Of a DNA stretch of 64,000 nucleotides, positions 50,583-59,631 are shown piece by piece. A model generated the notes under the pieces. It ran no database searches, was not told the origin of the DNA, and worked only from the letters and a program-made list of their open reading frames with translations. Position numbers and translations under genes: made by a program. Each line of letters opens with the position of its first letter. Position 1 is the stretch's first letter. This DNA is from Synechococcus sp. M44_DOE_062 (GTDB lineage: Bacteria; Cyanobacteriota; Cyanobacteriia; Thermostichales; Thermostichaceae): the NCBI GenBank assembly GCA_015295985.1, contig DVDX01000032.1, forward strand, positions 44,740-108,739, read 5' to 3'.

Positions 50583-50607
50583 AGCGCTCCGCGCCGCTCA
50601 CGCGAAC
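50583..50607 (-). repeat. 25-nt small dispersed repeat inserted (reverse orientation) in the tnpB Zn finger
   Basis: Reverse complement GTTCGCGTGAGCGGCGCGGAGCGCT; removing it restores STRTHRCPRCG. Confidence 0.85.
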
Positions 50608-50699
50608 CGCACTCACCGCTGCCCACGGTGTGGGGTGATACTGTGCCGCGATGAGAATGCGGCCCGGAACATTCTGCGCAAAGGGTTGGAGTTGTTGGG

Positions 50700-50884
50700 T
50701 GGGGAGTGGAACAACGGTACCTAAGGGCATTAGGGAACCGCCCCGCACGGGGGAACGCCTGGGGAGACAAGCACCGCTGTCGTAGAGGGGCAACCCAACA
50801 CGGTAAGTGCTGTCGTGGAACCAGGAACAAGAATCCCTGCCCTTTAGGCAGGGGAGTATGTCAAGTCGGTTCAAACATCTCAAA
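50700..50884 (+). ncRNA. Putative omegaRNA/reRNA of the TnpB element plus flank-derived guide
   Basis: By established TnpB biology the scaffold overlaps the tnpB 3' end up to the right end (50864) and the guide is the downstream flank; 5' boundary is a guess. Confidence 0.45.
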
Positions 50885-51761
50885 AAATATCCTGATTCAA
50901 CAACTTGGCCAGACGTTCCAGCCCCTTTTTAACTTGGCGGGAAACGGTAACAGCGCTGATCCCCAGCCGCTCTGCCGTTTCTTTTTGCGTGAGGTCATAG
51001 AAGAAGACAAATTCCAAAATCTTGCGGGTGCGTTCTTCCAGCTTAGCCAAGGCATGCTGTAGGCGAATGCGATCTTCTTCGGCCAGTTGAAAACTGCGGT
51101 AGCGCTGATCCGGAACGACCTCCCCCAGAGCAACACTGTCTTCCTCGGTTTGAATCGGAGCATCCAGGCTGAGCAAAAGGCTGTTTTGTTGAGCTAGCTC
51201 CAGCTCTCGCCATTCCTGCTCCGTCAGTTGTAGGGCTTCTCTCACCTCGGCCTCAGAGGGAGAACGGCCCAACTCTTGCCGCAGACGAGCGATCACCTTC
51301 TTGGCTTGCCGTTGCAGAGTCGTCCAGCGGCGTGGGATCCGCATGGTGGGGCTTTTGTCCCGCAGGTAGTGTTGAATTTCTCCGCGAATGTAGGGTATGG
51401 CAAAGGAGCTAAAAGCCAGGCCACGGGTAATATCAAACCGTTCGATGGCTTGAATCAAACCCAAGCAGCCAACTTGGACTAGGTCATCGTACCCCTCATT
51501 GCATTGGTTGCGCCAGTGATGGGCTTCTTTGCGCACCAAGCCCAAGTTCATTTCCACCAACCGGTTGCGCAAGGCCGGATCCCGGTTCTGGTGGTACAGC
51601 CGCAACAGTTCAGCGGTTCGGGCTTTAACATCCTCATGAGATGCCATAGATCCACATGCGGCTGGGAATCCGGTCTCGGCCAAAGCCAATGGAGTGGGGG
51701 CCGCCGGTCGCCTCAGCGAGACAGAGTTCTTGGGAGAGGTTAGGCGAGGGGCCGTTATCAT
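50880..51761 (-). CDS. sigF: Group 3 RNA polymerase sigma factor SigF
   Basis: LRNRLVEMNLGLVRKEAH, DDLVQVGCLGLIQAIERFD, YIRGEIQHYLRDK, TQKETAERLG; start uncertain (51761 or 51647). Confidence 0.92.
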   Translation of the reverse strand: MITAPRLTSPKNSVSLRRPAAPTPLALAETGFPAACGSMASHEDVKARTAELLRLYHQNRDPALRNRLVEMNLGLVRKEAHHWRNQCNEGYDDLVQVGCLGLIQAIERFDITRGLAFSSFAIPYIRGEIQHYLRDKSPTMRIPRRWTTLQRQAKKVIARLRQELGRSPSEAEVREALQLTEQEWRELELAQQNSLLLSLDAPIQTEEDSVALGEVVPDQRYRSFQLAEEDRIRLQHALAKLEERTRKILEFVFFYDLTQKETAERLGISAVTVSRQVKKGLERLAKLLNQDIF

Positions 51762-52391
51762 AGACAACCACTTTACCGATTGGCCGAAAACAACTGTAGA
51801 ACAAGCACTCAAGGAACTCAAAAACCATTCAAAAGCTGAGGGTACCACGCATAACCAACACCCATCCAGTGCAATAGAGGCTTTTGCCCAGCCGAACCGA
51901 CCTGGCATGGGCAAGTCGGTGCTATGGGGCTACAAAGATGGTGTTAGAAGTACAACTGGGCACTGTTGAGATCTGGCAAAAGCTGGAACGTTCTTACTTA
52001 GTTTGAACAGGTTTCTGGGCCCAAGCAACAGCATCTCCACGGAAAATCGGCGAGTTTCCTCGGCAAAAGAGCGCAATTTCCCTGTCAGACCCGATAGAAT
52101 TGCCCGATTTCTGTTGCTGGCGTGCTCTCATGGTTACTGGTTCATGATTTGGGATTGGCCGTGAGATCGCCTGCGCATTGCGATCCCCTCTCTCCCAGAG
52201 AGAGAAGAGCTGGGATGTTTTTGGGGTCTCAATGCAGCACTTGACCCACTGCGGTCGTCTGAGCGCTCTACCCACAGCTTGTGGGGAAGTCGCGCCTGTG
52301 GAGATTTTTCTAGCGGGTTGGTAGCCAAAACTACCGTTAGTGATGACTTGTGACGCAGGTCGCTTTGATGTTGAGCAAAGGTTAGCGTTGC

Positions 52392-53567
52392 CTAGCTCTG
52401 TGTAAGCCTTTCAGAGCGGTTCTTGAGGGGTTCCGTGCTGGCGAGGGCTGCCAAAAACGACGCAAAACTCGGCTCCTCGCGAATGAGGTCGAAATAAGGT
52501 TCAGAGGAGAGCAAGGGGCGGTAGCACTCCGGCTCCAGGCGTAGGGCTTGCTTCAGGGCTTGTAGGGCCTGAGGCACCTGGCCTTCCCAGGCGCAGCAGC
52601 AGGCTTTGGCGTAGTGAGCCTCGGCATCGTCGGGATCCATCTGCAGGGCCCGATCAAAACTCTGGATGGCCAGCTCGTAGAGGTTCAAGTCCATCAGAAC
52701 CAGGCCGCGCTGCACCCAGATCCGAGGGCGCTTGGGATCCTGCGCCAAAGCACGGTCGTAGCTGTTGAGGGCCTCCATCGGGTTGCCGAGGCGGTGGTGG
52801 GCGAGGGCGTGGCCGGCCCAGAGAGAGACGGATTCGGATCCCAGTTGCAGGGCTCGTTCGTAGCTGGCCAGGGCATCGGCATAGCGCTCTAGGTGAAACA
52901 GAGCCAGCCCCCGACTTTGCCAAACTTGAGCATCGACGGGGTTGATGGCCAGGGCTTTGTCGTAACTGATTAGGGATCCCTGCCACCGTCCCAGAGAGGC
53001 TAAGGTTAGCCCGTGCAGGTACCACGTTTCCGGGCTGTCGGGGCTGAGGGCGAGGGCCCGCTCATAGGCGCGCAGGGCTTCTTCGTAGCGGCCCAACTGC
53101 CGCAGCGTGTTGGCCTGGTTAAAGCGGGCCTCGAAAAAATCCGGCTTCAGTTGCAGAGCCCGCTCATAGCTGGCCAGAGCTTCTTGATGCCGACCGAGAT
53201 CGTCCAGCAGAGAGCCACGGTTGTTCCAAGCTTCGGGGAAATCTGGCTTCAGCTCCAGGGCGCGGTCGTAGCTGGCAAGGGCAGCTTGGGCTTGCCTCAG
53301 GTGGTCGAGGGTGGTGGCGCGGTTGTACCAGGCAACGGGATCCTGCGGCTGATCTCCCAGCGCCTGCTCGAACGGCTCTAGTTGAGCCGCTTGTTCCGCC
53401 GAAAGGGCCGATGGGTCAACCGCCGGGACGGGCGAAACGGTTGTCGATTCTGGGGAAGCAGCACGCTTCTGCCGCCGCAGCCACCAGGCCCAACCCCCGG
53501 CCAAAAGCAATAGGCCCACCCCCAACACCAGCACGCCCAAGTCGGTCGGGGCAATGGCAAACGGCAT
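52392..53567 (-). CDS. Membrane-anchored TPR protein
   Basis: N-terminal TM helix and about nine TPRs (A..SYDRAL...P). Confidence 0.9.
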   Translation of the reverse strand: MPFAIAPTDLGVLVLGVGLLLLAGGWAWWLRRQKRAASPESTTVSPVPAVDPSALSAEQAAQLEPFEQALGDQPQDPVAWYNRATTLDHLRQAQAALASYDRALELKPDFPEAWNNRGSLLDDLGRHQEALASYERALQLKPDFFEARFNQANTLRQLGRYEEALRAYERALALSPDSPETWYLHGLTLASLGRWQGSLISYDKALAINPVDAQVWQSRGLALFHLERYADALASYERALQLGSESVSLWAGHALAHHRLGNPMEALNSYDRALAQDPKRPRIWVQRGLVLMDLNLYELAIQSFDRALQMDPDDAEAHYAKACCCAWEGQVPQALQALKQALRLEPECYRPLLSSEPYFDLIREEPSFASFLAALASTEPLKNRSERLTQS

Positions 53568-53591
53568 GATCCACCGCCTCTCTTCCTGCCT

Positions 53592-53897
53592 TTACATCAT
53601 CACCAAAAACGGCAAGGGATCGCTCGGCCCTGCCGGTGAGATCAGCTCAATGCGCTTTTCGCCGGGGTAGGTGCTGGGATCGATCTCAAAAGTAACCGTC
53701 AGCGCCTCGGCACTGGCCTGCACCGGCTCTTGGGATCGCCCCAAGGGATCCCCAAAGCTGACTCGGATCCCTTTGCCCGCCGGGCTGACCCGGATCTCCG
53801 TCACCTGATCCAGATGGGATCCCTCTAGGGTACAGACGATTACATCCCCAACAAAGGCCTCCAGAGGCCAGCCCCGCCGCACCACCGGTTTGGACAT
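53592..53897 (-). CDS. Small hypothetical protein, possible single Ig-like (IPT/TIG) domain
   Basis: LEGSHLDQVTEI, LTVTFEIDP...PGEKRIELISPAG beta-rich pattern; translationally close to the TPR gene. Confidence 0.6.
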   Translation of the reverse strand: MSKPVVRRGWPLEAFVGDVIVCTLEGSHLDQVTEIRVSPAGKGIRVSFGDPLGRSQEPVQASAEALTVTFEIDPSTYPGEKRIELISPAGPSDPLPFLVMM

Positions 53898-53934
53898 GGT
53901 TGTCGCTCCCACAGGCTTCTGCATCTCTATTTAT

Positions 53935-54786
53935 TTAATTTTCCCCTCCCTGCCCCAGACCAAAACGGCTTTGGTGGCAGAGGGGCTCTCCCCCCTTGGG
54001 CAGGATCTCCTGCCACCCCTCCACAGAAGAGGGAGTTGGGGAAAGGGCAACGGCAGGCGCTCGCAGCAACACCTGGCGGTCTGGGCCCACGCTCACCAAG
54101 CGGGGCCTCTCTCCAAGGCTATCAGCCACCGCAAACAGCACCCGCTCTCGGGCCTGGGGATCCCAGCCCAGCAGCTCAGCATACCCCAGCGCTGGCGGTG
54201 GATCCCAGATTTGCACCGGTGGGATCCCTGTCGAGCCAGTGGGCAAGAACCAGACCACTGCCCGATCCCAGCTCAAATCGGTTTGGAACCAGCCTTCGTA
54301 CTCCCGCGCCAGCAAAGTGTTCCCCTGCCAGGCCAAAGGCAGGATCATGGCGAAATCCAATGGCTCGGCAGGGTTGTACACAGACGCCGAGGCTTGATAA
54401 ACGACTTGCAAGGCTTGAGTACGGGTGTTCTCGGCAAACAACACACTGGTCAACCGACCAGCCTGAGGTGTAGCCACCAAATCCAGCCGTGTGTACACCT
54501 GCCACTGGGGATCCGGTGCCGGCAAGGGAGCACTGCGCAACAGGCCAACCAATGTGCATTGCCGTTGCCGGGCTTGCTCCTGCAACCCATACACCCAATC
54601 CCAAGGGATAGAAACAGCAGAAGGAGAACTCTGTTGCACCGACAGAGCAGCCTCCTGTTCGCGACAGCAGTGCAGGGAAGGGAGCCCGGCAGAGGAAGAC
54701 ACTGCCGGATCCGCCAGCAACAGAGCCCAGCTCATCCCAACCGCTGCAAGCCCCCACCGCCCCTTTTGCCTGACCCAACCTGTCAT
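53935..54786 (-). CDS. Secreted hypothetical protein
   Basis: Signal peptide RWGLAAVGMSWALLLA; co-oriented between hisD and the Ig-like gene. Confidence 0.65.
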   Translation of the reverse strand: MTGWVRQKGRWGLAAVGMSWALLLADPAVSSSAGLPSLHCCREQEAALSVQQSSPSAVSIPWDWVYGLQEQARQRQCTLVGLLRSAPLPAPDPQWQVYTRLDLVATPQAGRLTSVLFAENTRTQALQVVYQASASVYNPAEPLDFAMILPLAWQGNTLLAREYEGWFQTDLSWDRAVVWFLPTGSTGIPPVQIWDPPPALGYAELLGWDPQARERVLFAVADSLGERPRLVSVGPDRQVLLRAPAVALSPTPSSVEGWQEILPKGGEPLCHQSRFGLGQGGEN

Positions 54787-54846
54787 CCTTGCCCTCCGGT
54801 ATGCGACCACGGCTGTGAGGCTTAAGACAGGGCTTGTGCGAACCCT

Positions 54847-56160
54847 CTAGCTTCCTTCTGCCAACCGCACCTGCACCGATTGGCCATGGGCAGGCAGTCC
54901 CTCCGCCTGGGTTAGGGCCTGAATTGCACTGGCCACCTCCCGCAAAGCTGCCGAGCCGTATTGAATCAGACTGGAATGCTTTAGGAAAGTTTCTACCCCC
55001 AGAGCTGAGGCGTAGCGGGCCGCGCCTGCCGTGGGCAGGGTGTGGTTGGGGCCGGCCAGGTAATCTCCCACCGCCTCTGGGGTATGGTGGCCCAAGAAAA
55101 TGGCCCCCGCATGGCGAATGAGATCCAGCAAAGCCCAGGGATCGGCCACCTGCAATTCCAAATGCTCTGGCGCAAACAGGTTGGACAAGGCCACCGCCGC
55201 CGCTAGATCCGGCACCACGGCAATCAGCCCGTAGTTCACCACCGACTTTTCCACCATCAGACGGCTGGGATGGGCCTCCATCTGGGTGGTTACCGCCTGC
55301 TGCACCTGCTGGGCCAGCTTGAGATCAGTGGTTAGAAGAATGGCCGCTGCCAGGGGATCGTGTTCGGCTTGGGCCAGCAAATCGGCAGCCACATAAAGGG
55401 AGTTGGCACTCTCGTCGGCGATGATCAACACCTCCGATGGCCCTGCTAGGGAGTCGATCCCCACCGTGCCGTACACCAGCTTTTTGGCCAACGTTACGTA
55501 GATGTTGCCGGGGCCAGTGATCACGTCCACCTTGGGGATGGTCTCGGTGCCGTAGGCCAAAGCCCCTATTGCCTGAGCCCCCCCAACGCGATAGATGGTC
55601 TGGATCCCGGCTTCTTGGGCAGCCACCAAAATGGCTGGGCTAATGCCCTTGCCCCCCAACCCATCGGATCCCGGTGGTGTCACCATCACAATCTCGGGCA
55701 CCCCCGCCACCTGGGCCGGGATGGCGTTCATCAACACGGTGCTGGGATAGGCGGCCCGCCCCCCCGGAATGTATAGGCCGGCGCGATCCACAGGGCGGTA
55801 TTGCTTGCCCAAGACAATCTCAGGGCCGGGAAAGCTCACCCAACTGCTGGGCACCCGCTGCCGGTGAAAAGCCTCAATGCGCTGCTTGGCCAGCCGTAAA
55901 GCTGAAAGCAATTGTGGAGACACCGCCTGGTAGGCTGCCTCTAGCTCAGCTCCAGACACCTTCAGCTCGGCAACGCTCAGCTCCACCTGGTCAAACTCAG
56001 CCGTGTAGGCCAGTAGGGCGCGATCTCCCTGACGGCGTACCGCTTGCAAGATCTCCCGCACGGTTGCTTCGCGGTGCAGGTTCTGGTCAGCCTGAGTGCG
56101 CTCCGAGATCCGTCTGAGCTCGGCTTCAGCCTCGGCTAGCTGGGTGACGATTCTCAGCAT
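54847..56160 (-). CDS. hisD: Histidinol dehydrogenase
   Basis: GLYIPGGRAAYPSTVLM, GPGNIYV, AGPSE, QAEHDP, APEHLEL, GDYLAGPNHTLPT. Confidence 0.97.
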   Translation of the reverse strand: MLRIVTQLAEAEAELRRISERTQADQNLHREATVREILQAVRRQGDRALLAYTAEFDQVELSVAELKVSGAELEAAYQAVSPQLLSALRLAKQRIEAFHRQRVPSSWVSFPGPEIVLGKQYRPVDRAGLYIPGGRAAYPSTVLMNAIPAQVAGVPEIVMVTPPGSDGLGGKGISPAILVAAQEAGIQTIYRVGGAQAIGALAYGTETIPKVDVITGPGNIYVTLAKKLVYGTVGIDSLAGPSEVLIIADESANSLYVAADLLAQAEHDPLAAAILLTTDLKLAQQVQQAVTTQMEAHPSRLMVEKSVVNYGLIAVVPDLAAAVALSNLFAPEHLELQVADPWALLDLIRHAGAIFLGHHTPEAVGDYLAGPNHTLPTAGAARYASALGVETFLKHSSLIQYGSAALREVASAIQALTQAEGLPAHGQSVQVRLAEGS

Positions 56161-56392
56161 GGCGACTCCTTCGCATAGCGTGCCGTAACCCCATACTAAC
56201 GAGGGATCCGGCGGCATCACGGTGGCAAAGCAGATCTTCTACTGCAGCGGTTTTGGCGACAAGAGGAGACATCCCCAAGCAGGGATCCCGTCTGCACCTG
56301 GCGTGACCCGGGTTGATCATGGTCATAGCTTAGCCTGGATTTTCCTCGGCCAAGCGCCGATAGCCCTACTCAGGAAAAAGTCTGGCCCCTTT

Positions 56393-57136
56393 TCATAGGC
56401 GCAGTTCTGACGATTTGATCAAGTTGCGAAAATCGTGGATTACTTCCTCACAGCGACGGAAAAAAGCCAGCACCCAATCCCGCAGCACCTTCTGCTGAGA
56501 TTCGTCCAGTTCCTTGAGGGATCCCCGGTAGTGGATCTGGCCACTGCGCTCAATCTCGAACTGGTTAAGCCATTCTGCTTGGGATCCCTGGCGTTCCACC
56601 ACTTCCTGCCGTGCTGCCTTCCAATAGTTAACAATCACCGCCTTGCCCAAATAGCCGGTTGTCATCTGGCAGAGACGATTCAGAGATTGCACAAAGACAT
56701 CCATCTCCATACGCGGGCCCATCGCAGGAGCGGAACTGGGCTGGGTAGCGTTCCGGCCTGCCTCCGCCTGGCTGGTAAAGAGGCGAAAGGTGGCCAAGCC
56801 CTTTGGCGTATCCTGCTGCAGCTCGGCTCGCAGGCGGTTTACGGCCAAGGTGTAAACAGGCATCACCAGCTCGTCATTTACCGCCACCAGCAGCGCCCAT
56901 TCCGGCCCAAGGGGGTAAACGAAAACCCGCTGCTCGGCAAACTGAAAATCAAAATAGTCAAGTCCTGGGGGCATGGTCTCTAAAACTTGAAACAGCCCTT
57001 CGGTAAGGGCTTGCTGCTGTCGGCTATCCAAATCCTGAAAAGAGCGGTACAAGAAGGGGCGACCTGCCCGACTCAAGAGCGCCACCCCCATCACCCCACG
57101 GATGGACAAAAAACTCTCGAGCGTTTCCTTCTCCAT
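56393..57136 (-). CDS. Hypothetical protein with a roadblock/LC7-like N-terminus
   Basis: FLSIRGVMGVALLSRAGRPF beta-hairpin pattern; helical C-terminal domain. Confidence 0.6.
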   Translation of the reverse strand: MEKETLESFLSIRGVMGVALLSRAGRPFLYRSFQDLDSRQQQALTEGLFQVLETMPPGLDYFDFQFAEQRVFVYPLGPEWALLVAVNDELVMPVYTLAVNRLRAELQQDTPKGLATFRLFTSQAEAGRNATQPSSAPAMGPRMEMDVFVQSLNRLCQMTTGYLGKAVIVNYWKAARQEVVERQGSQAEWLNQFEIERSGQIHYRGSLKELDESQQKVLRDWVLAFFRRCEEVIHDFRNLIKSSELRL

Positions 57137-57240
57137 GCCCCCTCAACTTGGACAACACTCTTATCCTGACTTAGATTGCCCGGGGGTGGACGAGGACAAC
57201 CAACTGGGGCTGCGAGAGCTGGATGGTCGATGTTTGAGGT

Positions 57241-58425
57241 TCAGGAAGTGCACCGGGACAAAAACGCCTCAATCCGCCCCACTGCTTCCTCCAGACGGGA
57301 TCCCTCGACCACCAAAGCAAAGCGGACATAGCCTTCCCCACTGGGGCCAAAGCCAGAACCCGGAGACAGGGCAACTCCTGTGGCCTTCACCAAGTCCAGA
57401 CAAAACTGGGCAGAAGAGCCGCGATAAAACTCCGGCAAAGGCGCCCACAGATACATGGTGGCCTCCGGCAAGGGCACAGGCCAACCTATGCGATGTAGAG
57501 CTGCCACAGCTATATCCCGTCGCTCTCGGTACACCTGCCGCCAGTGATCCAAAAAGCTGTCGGGAACTGCCAAAGCCGCTGCTGCCCCCCGCAAAATGCC
57601 CCGGTACTGATGGAAGTCGATGGTGGATTTCACCCATCGCAGGGCTCGGATCAGGTCTCGGTTGCCGATGGCGTAGGCCACCCGGAATCCCCCCATGTGA
57701 TAGGACTTGGAGAGGGAAAAAAACTCAATGGTGCGGGTTTTATTGGGATCCGCCTGCAGCGCAGAAGGAGCCACCTGGCCGTCGAAACGCCAGTCCACAT
57801 AGGGAAAATCGTGGGCCAGAACAATGTCGTGCTGCTGACAAAATTGTAGGGTTTCCTGCCAAAACTCTGGGGTGACGGTGGCAGTGGTGGGGTTGTGGGG
57901 GTAGTTCAGCACCAGTAGCCGTGCCTGCCGGCAAATCGCTTCCGGGATCCGATCCCACTGGGGCAAGAAGCGGTTTTCCGCCCGCAGGGGCAGGTAGTGG
58001 GGGATCCCGCCCGCCAGATGGATCCCGCCCACATGAGAGGGATAGGCCGGATCGGCAACCAAGGCGACATCGCCAGGATTGAGCAAAGCCAGGGGCAAGA
58101 GGGCCGTCCCCTGCTGGGATCCGATCAACGGCAGCACCTCCGTTTCTGGATCGATCTCCAGGCCGAACTTCCCCGCGTACCATTTGGCGCAGGCAGCCCG
58201 AAAGTCCGCCGTGTCCTGAAACAGCGTGTAGCCATAGGTAGAGGGATCCGACAGAGCCGCTTGGATAGCTGCCAAGGAGTCTGAAGGTGGGAACAGATCG
58301 GAGGATCCCAGAGACAGATCGATCACATCCAAGCCAGAGCGACGAGCCTCCCGCTTGGCTTGATCCATCTGGTCAAACACATTGCCGCCAAGGGGTTGAA
58401 GTCGCTGGGCAAGGGAAATTAACAT
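57241..58425 (-). CDS. PLP class I/II aminotransferase (LL-DAP aminotransferase-like)
   Basis: LNYPHNPT, HDFPY, FSLSKSYHMGGFRV, GEGYVRFAL. Confidence 0.9.
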   Translation of the reverse strand: MLISLAQRLQPLGGNVFDQMDQAKREARRSGLDVIDLSLGSSDLFPPSDSLAAIQAALSDPSTYGYTLFQDTADFRAACAKWYAGKFGLEIDPETEVLPLIGSQQGTALLPLALLNPGDVALVADPAYPSHVGGIHLAGGIPHYLPLRAENRFLPQWDRIPEAICRQARLLVLNYPHNPTTATVTPEFWQETLQFCQQHDIVLAHDFPYVDWRFDGQVAPSALQADPNKTRTIEFFSLSKSYHMGGFRVAYAIGNRDLIRALRWVKSTIDFHQYRGILRGAAAALAVPDSFLDHWRQVYRERRDIAVAALHRIGWPVPLPEATMYLWAPLPEFYRGSSAQFCLDLVKATGVALSPGSGFGPSGEGYVRFALVVEGSRLEEAVGRIEAFLSRCTS

Positions 58426-58474
58426 GCAACAACTCTTGCAAAGCAGAGCGGTCTATTCTGGCTTGAGGATCCCC

Positions 58475-59059
58475 TCAGGGATTGTCGCCAGAAGTGGGGG
58501 AAGAGGGCGAGGCTGGGCGCGTGCTGGCTGCCGGCCCCCGGTCGAAAATCTCGATGTGCCACTGCCCTTGGCCATTGCTCTCGAAAGCGATAAACCGGCC
58601 ATCGCCGCTAATGGTGGGGTTGCGCACATCTCCCGGCACCCGGCTGCTGATGTTTTCTATCCTGCGGGTTTCGCGGTCGTAGAGGAAGATCTCAGACTTG
58701 CCCAGAGCATTGGAGACATAGACGATGTAGCGGCCATCGGCACTGATGTCGGGCGAGGTGGCTGCCACGTCACTGGAGTTGAGGCCGGGCAGATCCACCA
58801 AGCGACGTTCCACTGTGTCGTAGAGGAAAATATCCTGGCTGCCGCTGCGGGCAGAGGAAAACACCAGGTAGCGACCATCTCCGTTGAAAGCAGGCTCCCC
58901 ATCTGGGAAGATGCTGTTGAGGCCACTGTTGGTCAAGCTGGGACGCGGGGTGCGAAAGCCTGCAGGGCTGCAGCCCAACAGCACCAGGCTCAATCCGGCC
59001 AGGCACAGCTTTCCCGCCCATCGGGCCGGGCTAAATGGGATCCAGCCATCGGTCAGCAT
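58475..59059 (-). CDS. TolB-like PD40-repeat lipoprotein
   Basis: LLGC lipobox; three P.ISGDGR repeats. Confidence 0.85.
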   Translation of the reverse strand: MLTDGWIPFSPARWAGKLCLAGLSLVLLGCSPAGFRTPRPSLTNSGLNSIFPDGEPAFNGDGRYLVFSSARSGSQDIFLYDTVERRLVDLPGLNSSDVAATSPDISADGRYIVYVSNALGKSEIFLYDRETRRIENISSRVPGDVRNPTISGDGRFIAFESNGQGQWHIEIFDRGPAASTRPASPSSPTSGDNP

Positions 59060-59117
59060 GGCATCGCTTCTCCAAACCACTTTTCCCATCATACCCAGTT
59101 AACAAACTTGGCTCTGG

Positions 59118-59402
59118 CTAGGCTTCCACCTTGACACCTTTCCAGAAGGCCACATAGCCGCGGATGTTGGCAGCAGCAGGTTTGGGATCCGGGTAGTACC
59201 AGGCGGCATCTTTGTTCTCCTGGCCGTTGACCACGAGGGTGTAGTAGCTGGCCTCCCCCTTCCAAGGGCAGATGGTGTGGGTGGAGCTGGGCTGGAAGTA
59301 TTCTCGGCGCAGAGATTCCGGCGGAAAATAGATGTTGCCTTCCACGGTTTCGTAGCGGTCTGTCTCGGCCACCACCACCCCATTCCAGATGGCCCTGGGC
59401 AT
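59118..59402 (-). CDS. DUF427 protein
   Basis: VEGNIYFP, TICPWKGEASYY, AAWYYPDP. Confidence 0.93.
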   Translation of the reverse strand: MPRAIWNGVVVAETDRYETVEGNIYFPPESLRREYFQPSSTHTICPWKGEASYYTLVVNGQENKDAAWYYPDPKPAAANIRGYVAFWKGVKVEA

Positions 59403-59631
59403 GGAAAACCTCCTCCTGCCTAGTTTTGAATATCGGATTTTTGAGTTGCAGATCCCTGCGGCTGAGGCCGCCTTGCTTTGAGCTTAGCTCTTCCCTTCCT
59501 CTTATGATCGTTCTGTACTGCTTTTGATGAGCAGCTCTTTGGCCGATAGGGAAGCCTGCCAATCCCCAGAGGGGGACGGGATCCTTTGAGGGCTGCTCTC
59601 TACTGCTATTGAACCATCGAACGCTACGGTC

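Larger units (their letters stand above)
49529..50846 (+). pseudogene. tnpB: TnpB RNA-guided endonuclease pseudogene
   Basis: RuvC motifs VGLDVG, VAYEDL, RDENAA and Zn finger CSGC/CPRC lie in three different frames; 7-bp duplication at 50213-50226, 25-nt insertion at 50583-50607, later stop codons. Confidence 0.9.
49457..50864 (+). mobile_element. IS200/IS605-family (IS891/IS1341-like, tnpB-only) insertion sequence
   Basis: TTAC target (49453-49456), then left end CAAAAACCTGGGTTTAAAGCCCCGCCCTTCCAGGACGGCTTT; right end GAATCCCTGCCCTTTAGGCAGGGGAGTATGTCAA; no tnpA. Confidence 0.85.

Noticed and set aside
49529-51761. TnpB next to a sigma factor as a domesticated RNA-guided transcription system (TldR or dCas12f-sigmaE type)
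   Set aside because: The TnpB keeps all three RuvC acidic residues but is frameshifted, is bounded by intact IS ends, and is convergent with an ordinary housekeeping SigF; this is best explained as a random insertion
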